In this document: positions 1 to 9,620 of the stretch, piece after piece
Layout: the number at the start of each line of letters is the position of its first letter
Numbering within the stretch: position 1 is the stretch's first letter
Origin: an uncultured Anaerolineales bacterium
Lineage (GTDB): Bacteria > Chloroflexota > Anaerolineae > Epilineales > Epilineaceae
Direction: 5' to 3'
NCBI GenBank assembly: GCA_964498575.1
Contig: CAZCJG010000003.1
Span: 1 to 33,714, forward strand
DNA length: 33,714 nt
Position numbers and translations under genes: made by a program
The notes under the pieces: model-generated
Database searches by the model: none
Told to the model about the DNA's origin: nothing
Seen by the model: only the letters and a program-made list of their open reading frames with translations

Positions 1-2
1 AA

Positions 3-1748
3 GGGGGGAGCCTGGATGCCCTGGACATCGCGGTCGACGTCGATGGGCGGGTCTACGTCAACTACGTCCAAAGCGACAACCCAGCCGAGGACGCCTTTCT
101 GGCCGGCATCACGATCTTCCGCGCGGGCCTGTGGGTGTTCGAGGAAGCCACGCTGCCCAAGCAAGCTCCTGACGCCATCGAGCCCGGCGCCTGCGTCGCG
201 GCACCGGACAAGCGGGCGGCGCCGCGGCGCATCCGGCTCGGCGAGACGGTCACGGTCAGCCTCGACGTCGCCGGCCAGTGCCCGGGTGCTTTCGATCCGG
301 CCCAGATCGCCATCTTGCTCGACACCTCGCGGTCGATGGGCGCGTCCAGCACGCTTGAGCGCGCCAAGGAGGCCGTGCTCACCGTCCTCGGCGAGCTCGA
401 CCCGGCCGCGTCCGAGGGGGCGCTGGTTACTTTCGACGACGGCGGCACGCTCGCGGTGCCCTTGACGCGCGACCTCGCCGCCTTGCGCGCCCGGGTGGTC
501 GGCCTCGGCGTGGACGGCGACACGCGCCTGGCGGCCGGCCTGGCCGTCGCGCGCGCCGAGCTCGGCGGTTCCCGGCGCGATCCCGCCGCCCGGCAGGTCA
601 TCCTCGTCGTCACCGACGGCGGCTTCACCGACGAGCCCGAGGCCGAGATCCGGCGCGCCGAGGCCTCCGGCATCGAGGTCCGGGCGCTCGTACTCTCGAA
701 CGATTGGATCGACGGCGGTCCGGACACCTCTCGCCTGGCGGGACTGCTCGGCACTCCCGGCGCGGTGCTCTACGATCCCGGCGAGGAGCTGCTGCGCCGC
801 CTGGCGCGCGAGCTGGCGCGGTTCCAGGCCCAGGACGGCCTGTTCGATACGATCACCATCGACGACGAGGTCCCCGCCAACATGCGCTACGTCCCCGGCT
901 CGGCCAACCCACCGGCGGTCTACGACGCCACGCGCCGCATCCTCACATGGACCCTCGCCGACATCCCGGCCGCCGCGGGGGTCAAGCTGGGCTACAAGCT
1001 GATCCCCCAGGAATGCGGCCTCTGGCCGACCAACGTGCAGGCCACCGCGGACTACCGCGACGCCCTCGGCAACCCCGGTCAACTGGTCTTCCCGATCCCC
1101 GAGGTCGACGTGCTCTGCGCGGACTATCGCCTCTACCTGCCCTTCGCCGCCGAGCGCGCCTGCTTCCGCCCGAGCCGGCCGATCGACGCGGTGCTGGTGC
1201 TGGACGCGTCCAGCAGCATGGACGAGGTCGAAGGCGGCGGCGGCTCGCGGACCAAGCTCCAGGCGGCGCAGGCGGCGGCCGGGGCCTTCGTGGACCTGAT
1301 GGAGCTGCCGGGCGACCAGGTCGGCGTGGTCGCCTTCAACCACGGCGCGGCGCGGGTGACCGGGCTGAGCGGCGATCGGGCGCGCGTGCGCGAGGCGCTG
1401 GCAGGGCTGACGACCGCGAGCGGCACCCGGATCGACCTGGGGCTGGCGGAGGCGGCCGGCGTGCTGGCGGACGGGCGGCGGGCAGGCGCGCAGCCGGTGG
1501 TGATCCTCTTGACCGATGGTCTGCAAAACCAGGCGGAAGCACCCGACGCGGAAGTGCTGGCGCGGGCGGAGGTCCTGAAGTCAGCCGGCGCGCTGGTCTA
1601 CACCATCGGCCTGGGCGGGGAGATCGACCGCGAGTTGTTGCGGGGGGCGGCCACCTCGCCGGACCGCTACTACGAGTCGCCCTCCGCCGCGGAGCTGGAG
1701 GCCATCTACCGCGCCATCTCGGCGCGGTTGTGGTGCGAGGTGCGGTGA
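3..1748 (+). CDS. Exported NHL-repeat / double-VWA surface protein, 5' end cut by the window edge (paralog of 1794..5531)
   Basis: The frame is open from nt 3. Residues before the GTG at 135 (GGSLDALDIAVDVDGRVYVNYV...AGLWVFEE) align with the NHL-to-VWA junction of the next protein (TLDALDIAVDVDERVYINFV...AGLWVFEPE). There are two VWA domains with MIDAS DxSxS motifs (LLDTSRSMG, VLDASSSMD). They are separated by a DUF11-like segment (ITIDDEVPANMRYVPGS...LTWTLADI). Stop TGA at 1746-1748. Confidence 0.8.
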   Translation, partial: GGSLDALDIAVDVDGRVYVNYVQSDNPAEDAFLAGITIFRAGLWVFEEATLPKQAPDAIEPGACVAAPDKRAAPRRIRLGETVTVSLDVAGQCPGAFDPAQIAILLDTSRSMGASSTLERAKEAVLTVLGELDPAASEGALVTFDDGGTLAVPLTRDLAALRARVVGLGVDGDTRLAAGLAVARAELGGSRRDPAARQVILVVTDGGFTDEPEAEIRRAEASGIEVRALVLSNDWIDGGPDTSRLAGLLGTPGAVLYDPGEELLRRLARELARFQAQDGLFDTITIDDEVPANMRYVPGSANPPAVYDATRRILTWTLADIPAAAGVKLGYKLIPQECGLWPTNVQATADYRDALGNPGQLVFPIPEVDVLCADYRLYLPFAAERACFRPSRPIDAVLVLDASSSMDEVEGGGGSRTKLQAAQAAAGAFVDLMELPGDQVGVVAFNHGAARVTGLSGDRARVREALAGLTTASGTRIDLGLAEAAGVLADGRRAGAQPVVILLTDGLQNQAEAPDAEVLARAEVLKSAGALVYTIGLGGEIDRELLRGAATSPDRYYESPSAAELEAIYRAISARLWCEVR

Positions 1749-1793
1749 TCTACCGTAAGGCTTTGCGATCCAAGGTATCCAACGCGAGGTGAG

Positions 1794-4700
1794 ATGATGA
1801 AACAGCGACGGTCGGCTCTGGTGATCGGGATCGCGGCGTGCATCCTCGCCGGATCAGGCGCGCTGCCGCTGGCCGCCGCCCCGCCGGACCAGGCGATCGC
1901 CCCCGGCGGCCTGACCTACCGCCTTGCCGACACCTGGACCGACCAGCCCTGGCAGCCCGAGGCCGGGCGCTTCGGGCGGGTGCGCGACATCAGCTCGGCG
2001 CCGGACGGGACGATCTTCGTGTTGGACGTGACGCATGGCTTCGTGCATGTGCTCGCGCCCGACGGCACGCCCTTGCGCTACTTCGGCGTGCCCGACACCA
2101 ACCAGGGCCGCGGCGCCGATCCCTGGCTGGCCTGCAACATGGACGTCGGCTTCGACGGGTTGGTCTACGTGCTGAGCAAGCAGATCGACCATCCGGACCT
2201 GTGCGGCTACGGCGCCGCGCGCGTCGACCGGCTGGCGCCGGATGGGCGGCTCCTGGCGCGGCTGGACGTCGATCCCGCCCAGCGCTTCCTCTACGCCGAC
2301 CTGGCCGTCCACCCCGACGGGCGGCTCTACCTCAGCCGCTTCGGCGCCGACGGCGAGCCCTTGACCCTGGACGGCCCGCGCGCGGTCGACGTCTTCAGCC
2401 CGGATGGCGAGCTGCAAGTCTCGCTCAGCCCGCCCGAGCTGGGCATGCCCGGCGCGATCGACGTCGGGGAGGACGGCAGGGCTTACGTCGTCAACCGCGT
2501 GCCCGATGCCGGCGCGTCGGTTCCCGGCATCCCGGACCCGACGCCGCGGCCGTCCCTGCTCGGGGCGGACGGTCGGGACCGGGCGCTCGCCCGGGAGGAG
2601 GACCAGGATCGAGCGCCCGCACAAGCGGAGGGTCCGGATCAAGCGGCGACCCCGATCGAAGGCGTCCTGATCCTCGATCCCGACCACCGCTACCGCGAGA
2701 CCGTGCCCTTCGTCAACGCGCGCGACGTCGCCGTCGGCCCGGCCGGGGTCTTCGTGTCGCGCGACTCCGACATTTACCCCTTGCGCGAGCGCGAGCCGGT
2801 CTTCGCCGGTCCCGCCGGCTACTACGGCACGGGCATGCGGCTGGACGTGCCGGTGGATGGCCGGGTGCTGGCCGGGATGAACCACTGCTACTTCCAGGGC
2901 CTGGTCGAGATCGCCGACCCCCGCGGCCGGCCGGCGGCCGGGCGCTACCTCGGCCGGCTGGACAAGCCGGACCTGGAGGGACCGGTCTTCCCCTTGCGCA
3001 TGGCGGCCTCCGAAGAGATCGCCGTGCTGCAAGGCGCCTTCGACGTCTGGGGCGAGCGCCCGCACCTCGAGTACAGCACCGCCCTGGAAGCCGAGCAGCC
3101 GCAAACCGTGCAGCGCTGGACCCGGCGCGGCGTTCCGGCGGGCGGCAGCGCGATCGCGCCGCCTCCCGGCCGTCCCGACCCACCCGGCAGTCCCAGCCCA
3201 CCTGCCGCGGGCGACGGCGGGCGCGGGCGACTGGCCGCGCAGCTCGGGCTTTGCGGCGGCTGGTCCGCCCGGCCGACCCACGACGTGGCGATCGACGGCC
3301 GCGACGTGTACACCGTCGATGCCTTCGCCGTCCAGCGCCGGCCGGACGACCTGCCGCCGGCCTGGACCCTGGTGCCGGAGATCGTGGTCGAGCCGGATTC
3401 CAGCGCCTTCCTCTCCGCCATCGCCGCCGACCAGGGGCGGGTGGCGGTGCTGGACAGCGGGGGAAACCGGGTGATCATGGCGGACCGGAGCGGCGCCGTG
3501 GTCGCCACCTGGGACATCGCCGGCCCGGCAACGGGCAGCCTGCCGGTCGACCTCGCGATCTCGGCGGCGGCGGGGCGGGTCTACCTGGCCGACCAGGGCG
3601 CCAGCCGCATCCTGGTACGCGGACTGGACGGGTCGGACCTGGGCGAGTGGCCGACGCATGACGGGCCTCTGCGCGTCGCGCTCGGCCCGTCGGGCGACGT
3701 CTTCGTGCTCGGCCGCGGCGGCTGGGGCTTCCGCTATCGGGCGGACGGCCGCCTGGTCGCCGCCTGGCCGATGCCCGATCGCACCCTCGACGCGCTGGAC
3801 ATCGCGGTCGACGTCGACGAGCGGGTCTACATCAACTTCGTCGATCGCGGCCTGGGCGCGCCCAACCTGTGGTCCGGCTCGGGCGGCTTCGACATCTTTC
3901 ACGCCGGGCTGTGGGTGTTCGAGCCGGAGGCCTTGCCGGCCTCACCCGCGCCGGCCGCCGGCGCCTGCGTCGCCGTGCCCGACAAGCGCGCCGCGCCGCG
4001 CCGCATCCCTCTGGGCGCGACGGTCGAGATCACGCTGAGCGTCGAGGGAACCTGTCCCGGAGTCTACGACCCCGTGCAGCTCGCCCTGGTCGTCGACACC
4101 TCGCGCTCGATGGGTATGGACGACGCCCTGACCCGCGCCCGCCGCGCGGTGCTGGCCCTGCTCGGCGCGCTGGACCCGCGCGCCGCCGAGGTTGCGCTGG
4201 TGAGCTTCAGCGACGGCGGGACGCTCGAACTTCCGCTGTCCAGCAATCTCACCGACATCGGCGCGCGTGTCGCCGGGCTGGCCGCGGACGGCGATTCGCG
4301 CATGGGCGCCGGCCTGGACATCGCCCGCGCCGAGCTGACCGGTCCGCGTGGCGATCCGGCCCGGCGGCGGGTGATCGTCCTGGTCAGCGACGGCGCCTTC
4401 AAGGACCGCCCGCAGTCGGCCGCGGCCCGCGTGCGGGCGGCCGGCATCGAGCTCTACGCCCTGGTCTTCCGCAACATCGAGTTCGACGGCCTGGGGATCG
4501 ACCCGATGCTCGAGCTCGAAGCGATGACCGGCGCGACCGAGCGGGTCCTGCTCGAACCCACCCCGGGCGACCTGACACGCCTGGGGCGCGACATGGTGCG
4601 CTACCAGCCCGAGGAGGGCCTGTTCGAGACGATCAAGATCACCGACGAAGTGCCGGCGAACATGCGCTACGTCGACGACTCGGCGATCCCGCCCGCCCAC

Positions 4701-5531
4701 TTCGACCCCGCGCGCCGCACCCTGACCTGGACCCTGGCCGACATCCTGGCGACTGACGGCCTGCGCCTGCGCTACCACGTGCTGCCGCTGCAAGTCGGTG
4801 TCTGGCCGACCAACGTCCACGCCGAGGCCGACTACCACGACGTGCTGGGCGCGCCGGGCCGCCTGGTCTTCCCGATCCCCGAGGTCGAGGTCACCGGCCC
4901 CGCACACCAGATCTACCTGCCGATCACGGCGGACCATAGCTGCCTGCGCCGCCCGCGCCCGCTCGACGTCGTGCTGGTGATCGACACGTCCAGCAGCATG
5001 AGCGATCCCGCGCCGGGCGGTGGCAGCAAGCTGGACGCGGCGCGCGCGGCGGCCGGGACCTTCGTCGACCTGCTCGACCTGGCCTCGGACCGGGTGGCGC
5101 TCGTCGCCTTCGACGCCGCGGCGCGCCGGGCGGCCGGCCTGACCGGCGATCGCGCCGCGCTGGGACAGGCGCTGTCGCTGCTCGCCACCTTCCGCGGTAC
5201 GCGCATCGACCTGGGCCTGGCCGAAGCCGCGGCGGTGCTGGCCGAAGGCGGCCGGCCGGACGCGACGCCGGCGGTGATCCTGCTCTCGGACGGCCTGCAA
5301 AGCGCGGCGGAGGCGCCTAACGCGGCGGTGCTGGCCCAGGCCGACCGGCTCAAGGCGGCCGGGACCCTGGTCCACGCGATCGGCCTGGGTGACGAGGTCG
5401 ACCGCGAGCTCCTGCGGGCGGTGGCGAGCGCGCCGGACCGCTACCACGAGTCCCCGACGGCGGCGGACCTGGCGGCGATCTACGGCGCGATCTCGGTGCG
5501 GCTGGGGTGTGGCGGGGGGATGGGGCCGTGA
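1794..5531 (+). CDS. Exported NHL-repeat beta-propeller / VWA / DUF11-like / VWA protein (1245 aa)
   Basis: ATGATG start is preceded by the SD GAGGTGAG (1785-1792). The N-terminal signal-like segment MMKQRRSALVIGIAACILAGSGALPLAAAP contains an RR pair. NHL-like repeats are present (GTIFVLDVTHGFVHVLAPDG, GRVAVLDSGGNRVIMADRSG, GRVYLADQGASRILVRGLDG). MIDAS motifs are VVDTSRSMG and VIDTSSSMS. The C-terminal ~540 aa are collinear with the upstream gene product. Confidence 0.85.
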   Translation: MMKQRRSALVIGIAACILAGSGALPLAAAPPDQAIAPGGLTYRLADTWTDQPWQPEAGRFGRVRDISSAPDGTIFVLDVTHGFVHVLAPDGTPLRYFGVPDTNQGRGADPWLACNMDVGFDGLVYVLSKQIDHPDLCGYGAARVDRLAPDGRLLARLDVDPAQRFLYADLAVHPDGRLYLSRFGADGEPLTLDGPRAVDVFSPDGELQVSLSPPELGMPGAIDVGEDGRAYVVNRVPDAGASVPGIPDPTPRPSLLGADGRDRALAREEDQDRAPAQAEGPDQAATPIEGVLILDPDHRYRETVPFVNARDVAVGPAGVFVSRDSDIYPLREREPVFAGPAGYYGTGMRLDVPVDGRVLAGMNHCYFQGLVEIADPRGRPAAGRYLGRLDKPDLEGPVFPLRMAASEEIAVLQGAFDVWGERPHLEYSTALEAEQPQTVQRWTRRGVPAGGSAIAPPPGRPDPPGSPSPPAAGDGGRGRLAAQLGLCGGWSARPTHDVAIDGRDVYTVDAFAVQRRPDDLPPAWTLVPEIVVEPDSSAFLSAIAADQGRVAVLDSGGNRVIMADRSGAVVATWDIAGPATGSLPVDLAISAAAGRVYLADQGASRILVRGLDGSDLGEWPTHDGPLRVALGPSGDVFVLGRGGWGFRYRADGRLVAAWPMPDRTLDALDIAVDVDERVYINFVDRGLGAPNLWSGSGGFDIFHAGLWVFEPEALPASPAPAAGACVAVPDKRAAPRRIPLGATVEITLSVEGTCPGVYDPVQLALVVDTSRSMGMDDALTRARRAVLALLGALDPRAAEVALVSFSDGGTLELPLSSNLTDIGARVAGLAADGDSRMGAGLDIARAELTGPRGDPARRRVIVLVSDGAFKDRPQSAAARVRAAGIELYALVFRNIEFDGLGIDPMLELEAMTGATERVLLEPTPGDLTRLGRDMVRYQPEEGLFETIKITDEVPANMRYVDDSAIPPAHFDPARRTLTWTLADILATDGLRLRYHVLPLQVGVWPTNVHAEADYHDVLGAPGRLVFPIPEVEVTGPAHQIYLPITADHSCLRRPRPLDVVLVIDTSSSMSDPAPGGGSKLDAARAAAGTFVDLLDLASDRVALVAFDAAARRAAGLTGDRAALGQALSLLATFRGTRIDLGLAEAAAVLAEGGRPDATPAVILLSDGLQSAAEAPNAAVLAQADRLKAAGTLVHAIGLGDEVDRELLRAVASAPDRYHESPTAADLAAIYGAISVRLGCGGGMGP

Positions 5532-5538
5532 GTGATTG

Positions 5539-5631
5539 CCTGGGAGCGCGGGTCTCCGGCCCGCATGAGCCTGCACCGCGAGGTCGTCTCTCCTTGCAGG
5601 GCGGTGCGGGCCGGAGGCCCGCGCTCCCAGG
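5539..5631. repeat. Long inverted repeat (27-nt arms, ~39-nt spacer) between convergent genes; candidate bidirectional terminator or REP/MITE-like element
   Basis: The left arm cctgggagcgcgggtctccggcccgca (5539-5565) is the reverse complement of the right arm tgcgggccggaggcccgcgctcccagg (5605-5631) apart from one position. That position forms a G-U pair in plus-strand RNA. The spacer holds an inner cctgca/tgcagg stem. Confidence 0.5.
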
Positions 5632-5640
5632 CGTCGTCTC

Positions 5641-8600
5641 CTACTCCCCGTTCCGCGCCACCGGCAGGTAAACCCGAGACCCCACCATCCGGCTGATCTC
5701 CATCCGGTCCAGCATTCGCACGGGCGTGCCCGCGCTGTAGACGGCGTTCGTCAGCGCGATGCGGCTGGCCTGGGGGTGCGGTGTGAGGCGGTAGGTGAAG
5801 GCGGCGCGCGCGCCGCTGCCGACCCGGCCGGCCCAGGCGACGGCGACCGCTTGCTCCGTCGGCACCGCCAGCGCGGCCAATCCGGCCGGGCCGTTCTCGG
5901 CGACCGCGCGGACCACGGCTTCGGGCGAGGCGGCGACCGGCACGGCGCCTCCGGTCACGCTGCCAGTGGCCAGGCTGGCCGCCAGCTCGTCGAAGTCGCT
6001 GTAGAGCGTCAGGGTGTAGGCGCCGCCGGTGTTCGACAGGCTGGCTTCGACGTCCAGGCCCGTCCCATCGGCCCTCGGGACCAGCGATCCGCCGGCCTCG
6101 GCCGCGTCGGCCTGGCGCCAGACGCGGATGGTGCCGGTCGAGCCGTCCGCGGCCTGCCCCATCACCTGGAAGTGGAAGCCGAAGTGGACGCCGTTGTCGC
6201 CGGGGTTGCCGCTGTGCTCGCCGGTGACGTTCGTCCCCGCGCCGCCGCCGAGGTTGACGTAAGCCGGCGTCGCGCCGCGCAGGAACATCGTCTCGTCGCT
6301 GCTGACGTCGGCGCTGGGCGGGCTGGTCTCGCCGCCCAGGCCGGTGAAGCCGGGCGGCGTGCGCGGCGGGTAGTAGCCGGCGGCGGGCACGACCACGCCG
6401 CCGTCGGGATCGGTGAAGGCGTAGCGCTTGATGCGCTGTCGCGTGGCGTCCGACTGCACTGTTATCGGCACCGGCAGGAGCTCCACGCCGGGCAGGTAGC
6501 CTAGGGCGTCGTGGAAGGCGGTCACCGCCGGCAGCGCGGCGTAGCGGGTCGCCGTCATCACCGTCGTGTCGGGCGACTGGGCGCCGGTGGCGAAGGTCAG
6601 CGTCACCGGCGTGGTCGGCGCGAGCGAGAAGGCGCTGTTGGTGGTCTGCACCCGGCCGCGCCAGTTGTCCTCCGGCGGGAAGGGGAAGCTGCCGAAGGCG
6701 TTCTTGAACAGGCTGCCGCGCGGGGCGCGCAGGGGTTCGGGGTGGGCGTCGATGACCAGGAGCCCGCCCTTGGCGCCCTCGCTGGGCAAGGAGGTGAGGT
6801 TGCGGTTGGCCAGGATGTCATTCCTCGGCGAGTTGAGGCCGAAGCGCGTGTCGCGCAGCCACACCACCAGGCCTGGGACGTTGGACTTCACCCAGTCGAC
6901 CAGGAGCTCGCGCTCACCCTTGGCGGTCAGCTCGGCGAAGACCGTGTTGTAGGTGTACTTCAGGCCGAGGTCGAAGTTGACCGCGTTGCGCCATTCCAGC
7001 AGATAGTAGCGCGCGTAGGGCTTGTTGCCGTCCGACAGCCGCCAGCCTTCGTCGGTCCGGGGCGTGCCGCGGAAGGTGCCGGGCGTCGAGGTCCAGCCGT
7101 TCGCGTTGCCACCTTCTACAGGATCGTCGAGCAGCACCTGTCCGCCGGCCTGCACCCGGATGTTGTCGGCGAAGACGCCGCGGCCCTGGGTCCCGTCGTC
7201 GGTGGCGTAGCGCAGCCGGAGCTTGACGGCCCGGCCGGCGAAGGGCGACAGGTCGTGGTAGACGCGCTGCCAGCCCTGGCTGTTGCCGGTGTAGCCGTGC
7301 TTGAGCCCGCCGTAAGCGGCCAAGGCGCCGTTGGCATCGGTGTAGGCGTCGGTCGTGGTTAGCTCCTGGTGCGTTCCGGCCCGGAAGCCCTTGGTCTGCG
7401 TATAGGTCTGCCCGCCGTCGATCGAGACCTCGGCGAAGAAGTAGTCCCAGTTGTTCTCGAGCATGAAGTCGAGCTGGAAGGTCAGCGACACCGGCCCCGT
7501 GACGCCCGACAGGTCCAGCGCGCGCTCCAGGCGGTGGTCCGCCCAGATCTGGCCGTCGCCGCTCCACCAGGCCTGGCGTGAGCCGGGCGGCAGGGTGATG
7601 ATGCGCTCCATCGCCGGCGGGATGTCCACCCGCAGCGCGGGCAGGCTGCCGGCGGGCGGGAGGGCGGCCTGGCCGAGCAGGTAGTCTTCCGGATCGTCGC
7701 CGGGCTGGACCACGACCGGCGCGCCCCAGCCCAGCGCGGTCTTGCCCCAGACACTCATGTGGGTGGGGTCGGCGCCGTTGAGCCGGCCGGTGCGGGCGCC
7801 GACGCTCATCAGGTCCCACCAGGTCACGTCGTCGTCGCCGGTGGTGGTGTACAGGTCGGGCAGGCCGAGGTCGTGGCCGAACTCGTGGACCAGCACGCCC
7901 AGGCTGGAATTCTCGGGCTGGATGGTGTAGCCGATGATCCGCAGGTCGTCGTTGGTGTCCGGCGTGCCGCGATCGTCGACGACGCCGGTGGTGGTGTTCG
8001 GGAAGATCGTGCCGCGGTGCGCCCAGATCTGCTGGTTGCCGTCCACGCCGCCGCCTTCGGACTCGTCGATGCCGGCGTGGAAGATCAGCACGTGGTCGAG
8101 CTCGCGGTCGCGGTCGGTGTCGTAGTCCGCCCAGGGGAAGTCCGGGTCGGCGGTGTTGATCGCGGTGATGATGTCGGCGATCAACGAGGACATGCCGTTG
8201 GGGAAGCGCGGGTTGGTCGGCAGGCCGCTGCCGCCGGGGCCTACGACCCCATTCCGATCGGGCACGCAGGGGTTGGCGGAGTAGTAGCCCACCGAATGCG
8301 GCACCTTGACCCAGGCGATGACACCCTTCGGCCCGCCGTCGAAGGTCACCCGCCCGCCGGAGATCTCACGGTAGAAGGTGGCCATGCTGTGGCCGCTGAT
8401 GTCGATGCCGGGCAGGCCGTCCTCGGGATCGACCAGATCCGGCCGCAGCCGCTCGGTGACGCCCTCCTCCGAGAAGACCATCTTCTCGTAGAAGTCGCGC
8501 TCGAACTTCGGCAGCCAGGTCGTCGCATTGTCGCGCGGGCCGGGGTGAGCGATCTCGTTGTGCAGCGGGCCGGCATACTCCACGGTCTCGGTGACGCACG

Positions 8601-9345
8601 TGCCGCCGGCGCGGATGCCGACCTCATGGCTGAAGTTCTCGACGGTATCCTCCCCGTCGAATTCCACCGCCACCGCGAACAGCTTCAGCGTGCCGGTGAC
8701 GGCCGGGGCGAGGGGGGTGTCCGATCGATTCGCACTCTCGGCTTGGTCGTCCTTCACCCCGCTGCCGCGACCGCCGGCCGCCCCGCCGCCTGAGGTCGCG
8801 TCGAGCCACGCCTGCTCGCGCGCGTAGAGCGCCTCGGCCTTGGCCGGGTCCGGCCCGTGATAGTTGTCCGCCGCCCAGTCGCGCCGGAAGGCCTCCGCCG
8901 CGGCCTCGATCTCGGCCGCGCTGGCGCCCGGCCCGGCGCGCTCGCGGGCGCTCTGATAGACCAGGAACTCGCCGGGCTCGACGTAGCTGATGAACGCGTC
9001 TCCCTTGGCCGGCGCGGCGCGGCCCGGGATCTCGGCCGGGATCGCGGGTGGCGGGACCTCCGGCGGAAGCGGGACCTCCGGCGGGATCTGCGGCGCGAGT
9101 GATCGATCCGGTCCTCGGACGTCGCCGGGAACCCCCGCGGCATGCGCGCTCTCACCGGCGGTCGTCGGCTCCGGCGCGGGCGCCGCTGTCGCCAGGCGAT
9201 GGAGCGAGGCGGTGGCGAGGAGCAGGACGAGGACGGCGGTGGCGCCGGCGGTGAGGAGGGCGGCGCGGCGGGTTGGGGGGGCGGAGCGTAGGGCGGATCG
9301 GCGAGCGGCTCGATGCGGGATCGGGTCGGTGGGCGGGCGGTCCAT
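5641..9345 (-). CDS. M6-family (immune inhibitor A-like) secreted zinc metalloprotease, 1234 aa
   Basis: Carries the HEXXHXXGXXD signature VLVHEFGHDLGLPDLY. The N-terminus has a twin-arginine-like segment followed by a hydrophobic segment (PTRRAALLTAGATAVLVLLLATASL). ATG at 9345 is preceded by the SD AGGAGAG. Stop TAG at 5641-5643. Confidence 0.85.
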   Translation of the reverse strand: MDRPPTDPIPHRAARRSALRSAPPTRRAALLTAGATAVLVLLLATASLHRLATAAPAPEPTTAGESAHAAGVPGDVRGPDRSLAPQIPPEVPLPPEVPPPAIPAEIPGRAAPAKGDAFISYVEPGEFLVYQSARERAGPGASAAEIEAAAEAFRRDWAADNYHGPDPAKAEALYAREQAWLDATSGGGAAGGRGSGVKDDQAESANRSDTPLAPAVTGTLKLFAVAVEFDGEDTVENFSHEVGIRAGGTCVTETVEYAGPLHNEIAHPGPRDNATTWLPKFERDFYEKMVFSEEGVTERLRPDLVDPEDGLPGIDISGHSMATFYREISGGRVTFDGGPKGVIAWVKVPHSVGYYSANPCVPDRNGVVGPGGSGLPTNPRFPNGMSSLIADIITAINTADPDFPWADYDTDRDRELDHVLIFHAGIDESEGGGVDGNQQIWAHRGTIFPNTTTGVVDDRGTPDTNDDLRIIGYTIQPENSSLGVLVHEFGHDLGLPDLYTTTGDDDVTWWDLMSVGARTGRLNGADPTHMSVWGKTALGWGAPVVVQPGDDPEDYLLGQAALPPAGSLPALRVDIPPAMERIITLPPGSRQAWWSGDGQIWADHRLERALDLSGVTGPVSLTFQLDFMLENNWDYFFAEVSIDGGQTYTQTKGFRAGTHQELTTTDAYTDANGALAAYGGLKHGYTGNSQGWQRVYHDLSPFAGRAVKLRLRYATDDGTQGRGVFADNIRVQAGGQVLLDDPVEGGNANGWTSTPGTFRGTPRTDEGWRLSDGNKPYARYYLLEWRNAVNFDLGLKYTYNTVFAELTAKGERELLVDWVKSNVPGLVVWLRDTRFGLNSPRNDILANRNLTSLPSEGAKGGLLVIDAHPEPLRAPRGSLFKNAFGSFPFPPEDNWRGRVQTTNSAFSLAPTTPVTLTFATGAQSPDTTVMTATRYAALPAVTAFHDALGYLPGVELLPVPITVQSDATRQRIKRYAFTDPDGGVVVPAAGYYPPRTPPGFTGLGGETSPPSADVSSDETMFLRGATPAYVNLGGGAGTNVTGEHSGNPGDNGVHFGFHFQVMGQAADGSTGTIRVWRQADAAEAGGSLVPRADGTGLDVEASLSNTGGAYTLTLYSDFDELAASLATGSVTGGAVPVAASPEAVVRAVAENGPAGLAALAVPTEQAVAVAWAGRVGSGARAAFTYRLTPHPQASRIALTNAVYSAGTPVRMLDRMEISRMVGSRVYLPVARNGE

Positions 9346-9438
9346 GCGGCTTCTCTCCTGAAGGCGTGTTGGATCGGCGGGAGCACGGGGCGGCGTGCCG
9401 AGTGGCCGGTTCGCGGCAAGTGGCGCGGCGATGGTCTG

Positions 9439-9467
9439 AGGTTACGCGGGGAAGGCAGGAATGTCAA
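9439..9467 (-). promoter_or_regulatory. Candidate sigma70-type promoter for the M6 protease gene (TTGACA-N17-TAACCT)
   Basis: On the minus strand, -35 TTGACA lies at 9467-9462 and -10 TAACCT at 9444-9439, with an exact 17-nt spacer. This sits about 90 nt upstream of the ATG at 9345, in a locally lower-GC spacer. Confidence 0.45.
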
Positions 9468-9566
9468 TCCCCGATCCCCAGGGGTGTTACTCCAAACACG
9501 ATGTTTGCAGAATCGCGAGCCAATTTTATAAGAGTTCCCCATGAGCTATCGCTCACCACAACGAAT

Positions 9567-9608
9567 GAAAACGATTGGGCGGGGCGTATCCCATCGGAAA
9601 TCGTTTTC
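9567..9608 (-). terminator. Hairpin just downstream of the glycosyltransferase stop codon
   Basis: A 10-bp perfect stem pairs gaaaacgatt (9567-9576) with aatcgttttc (9599-9608). On the minus strand it is followed by ATTCGTTGT. It starts 13 nt after the TAA stop at 9621-9623. Confidence 0.45.
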
Positions 9609-9620
9609 ACAAGAGGCTGT

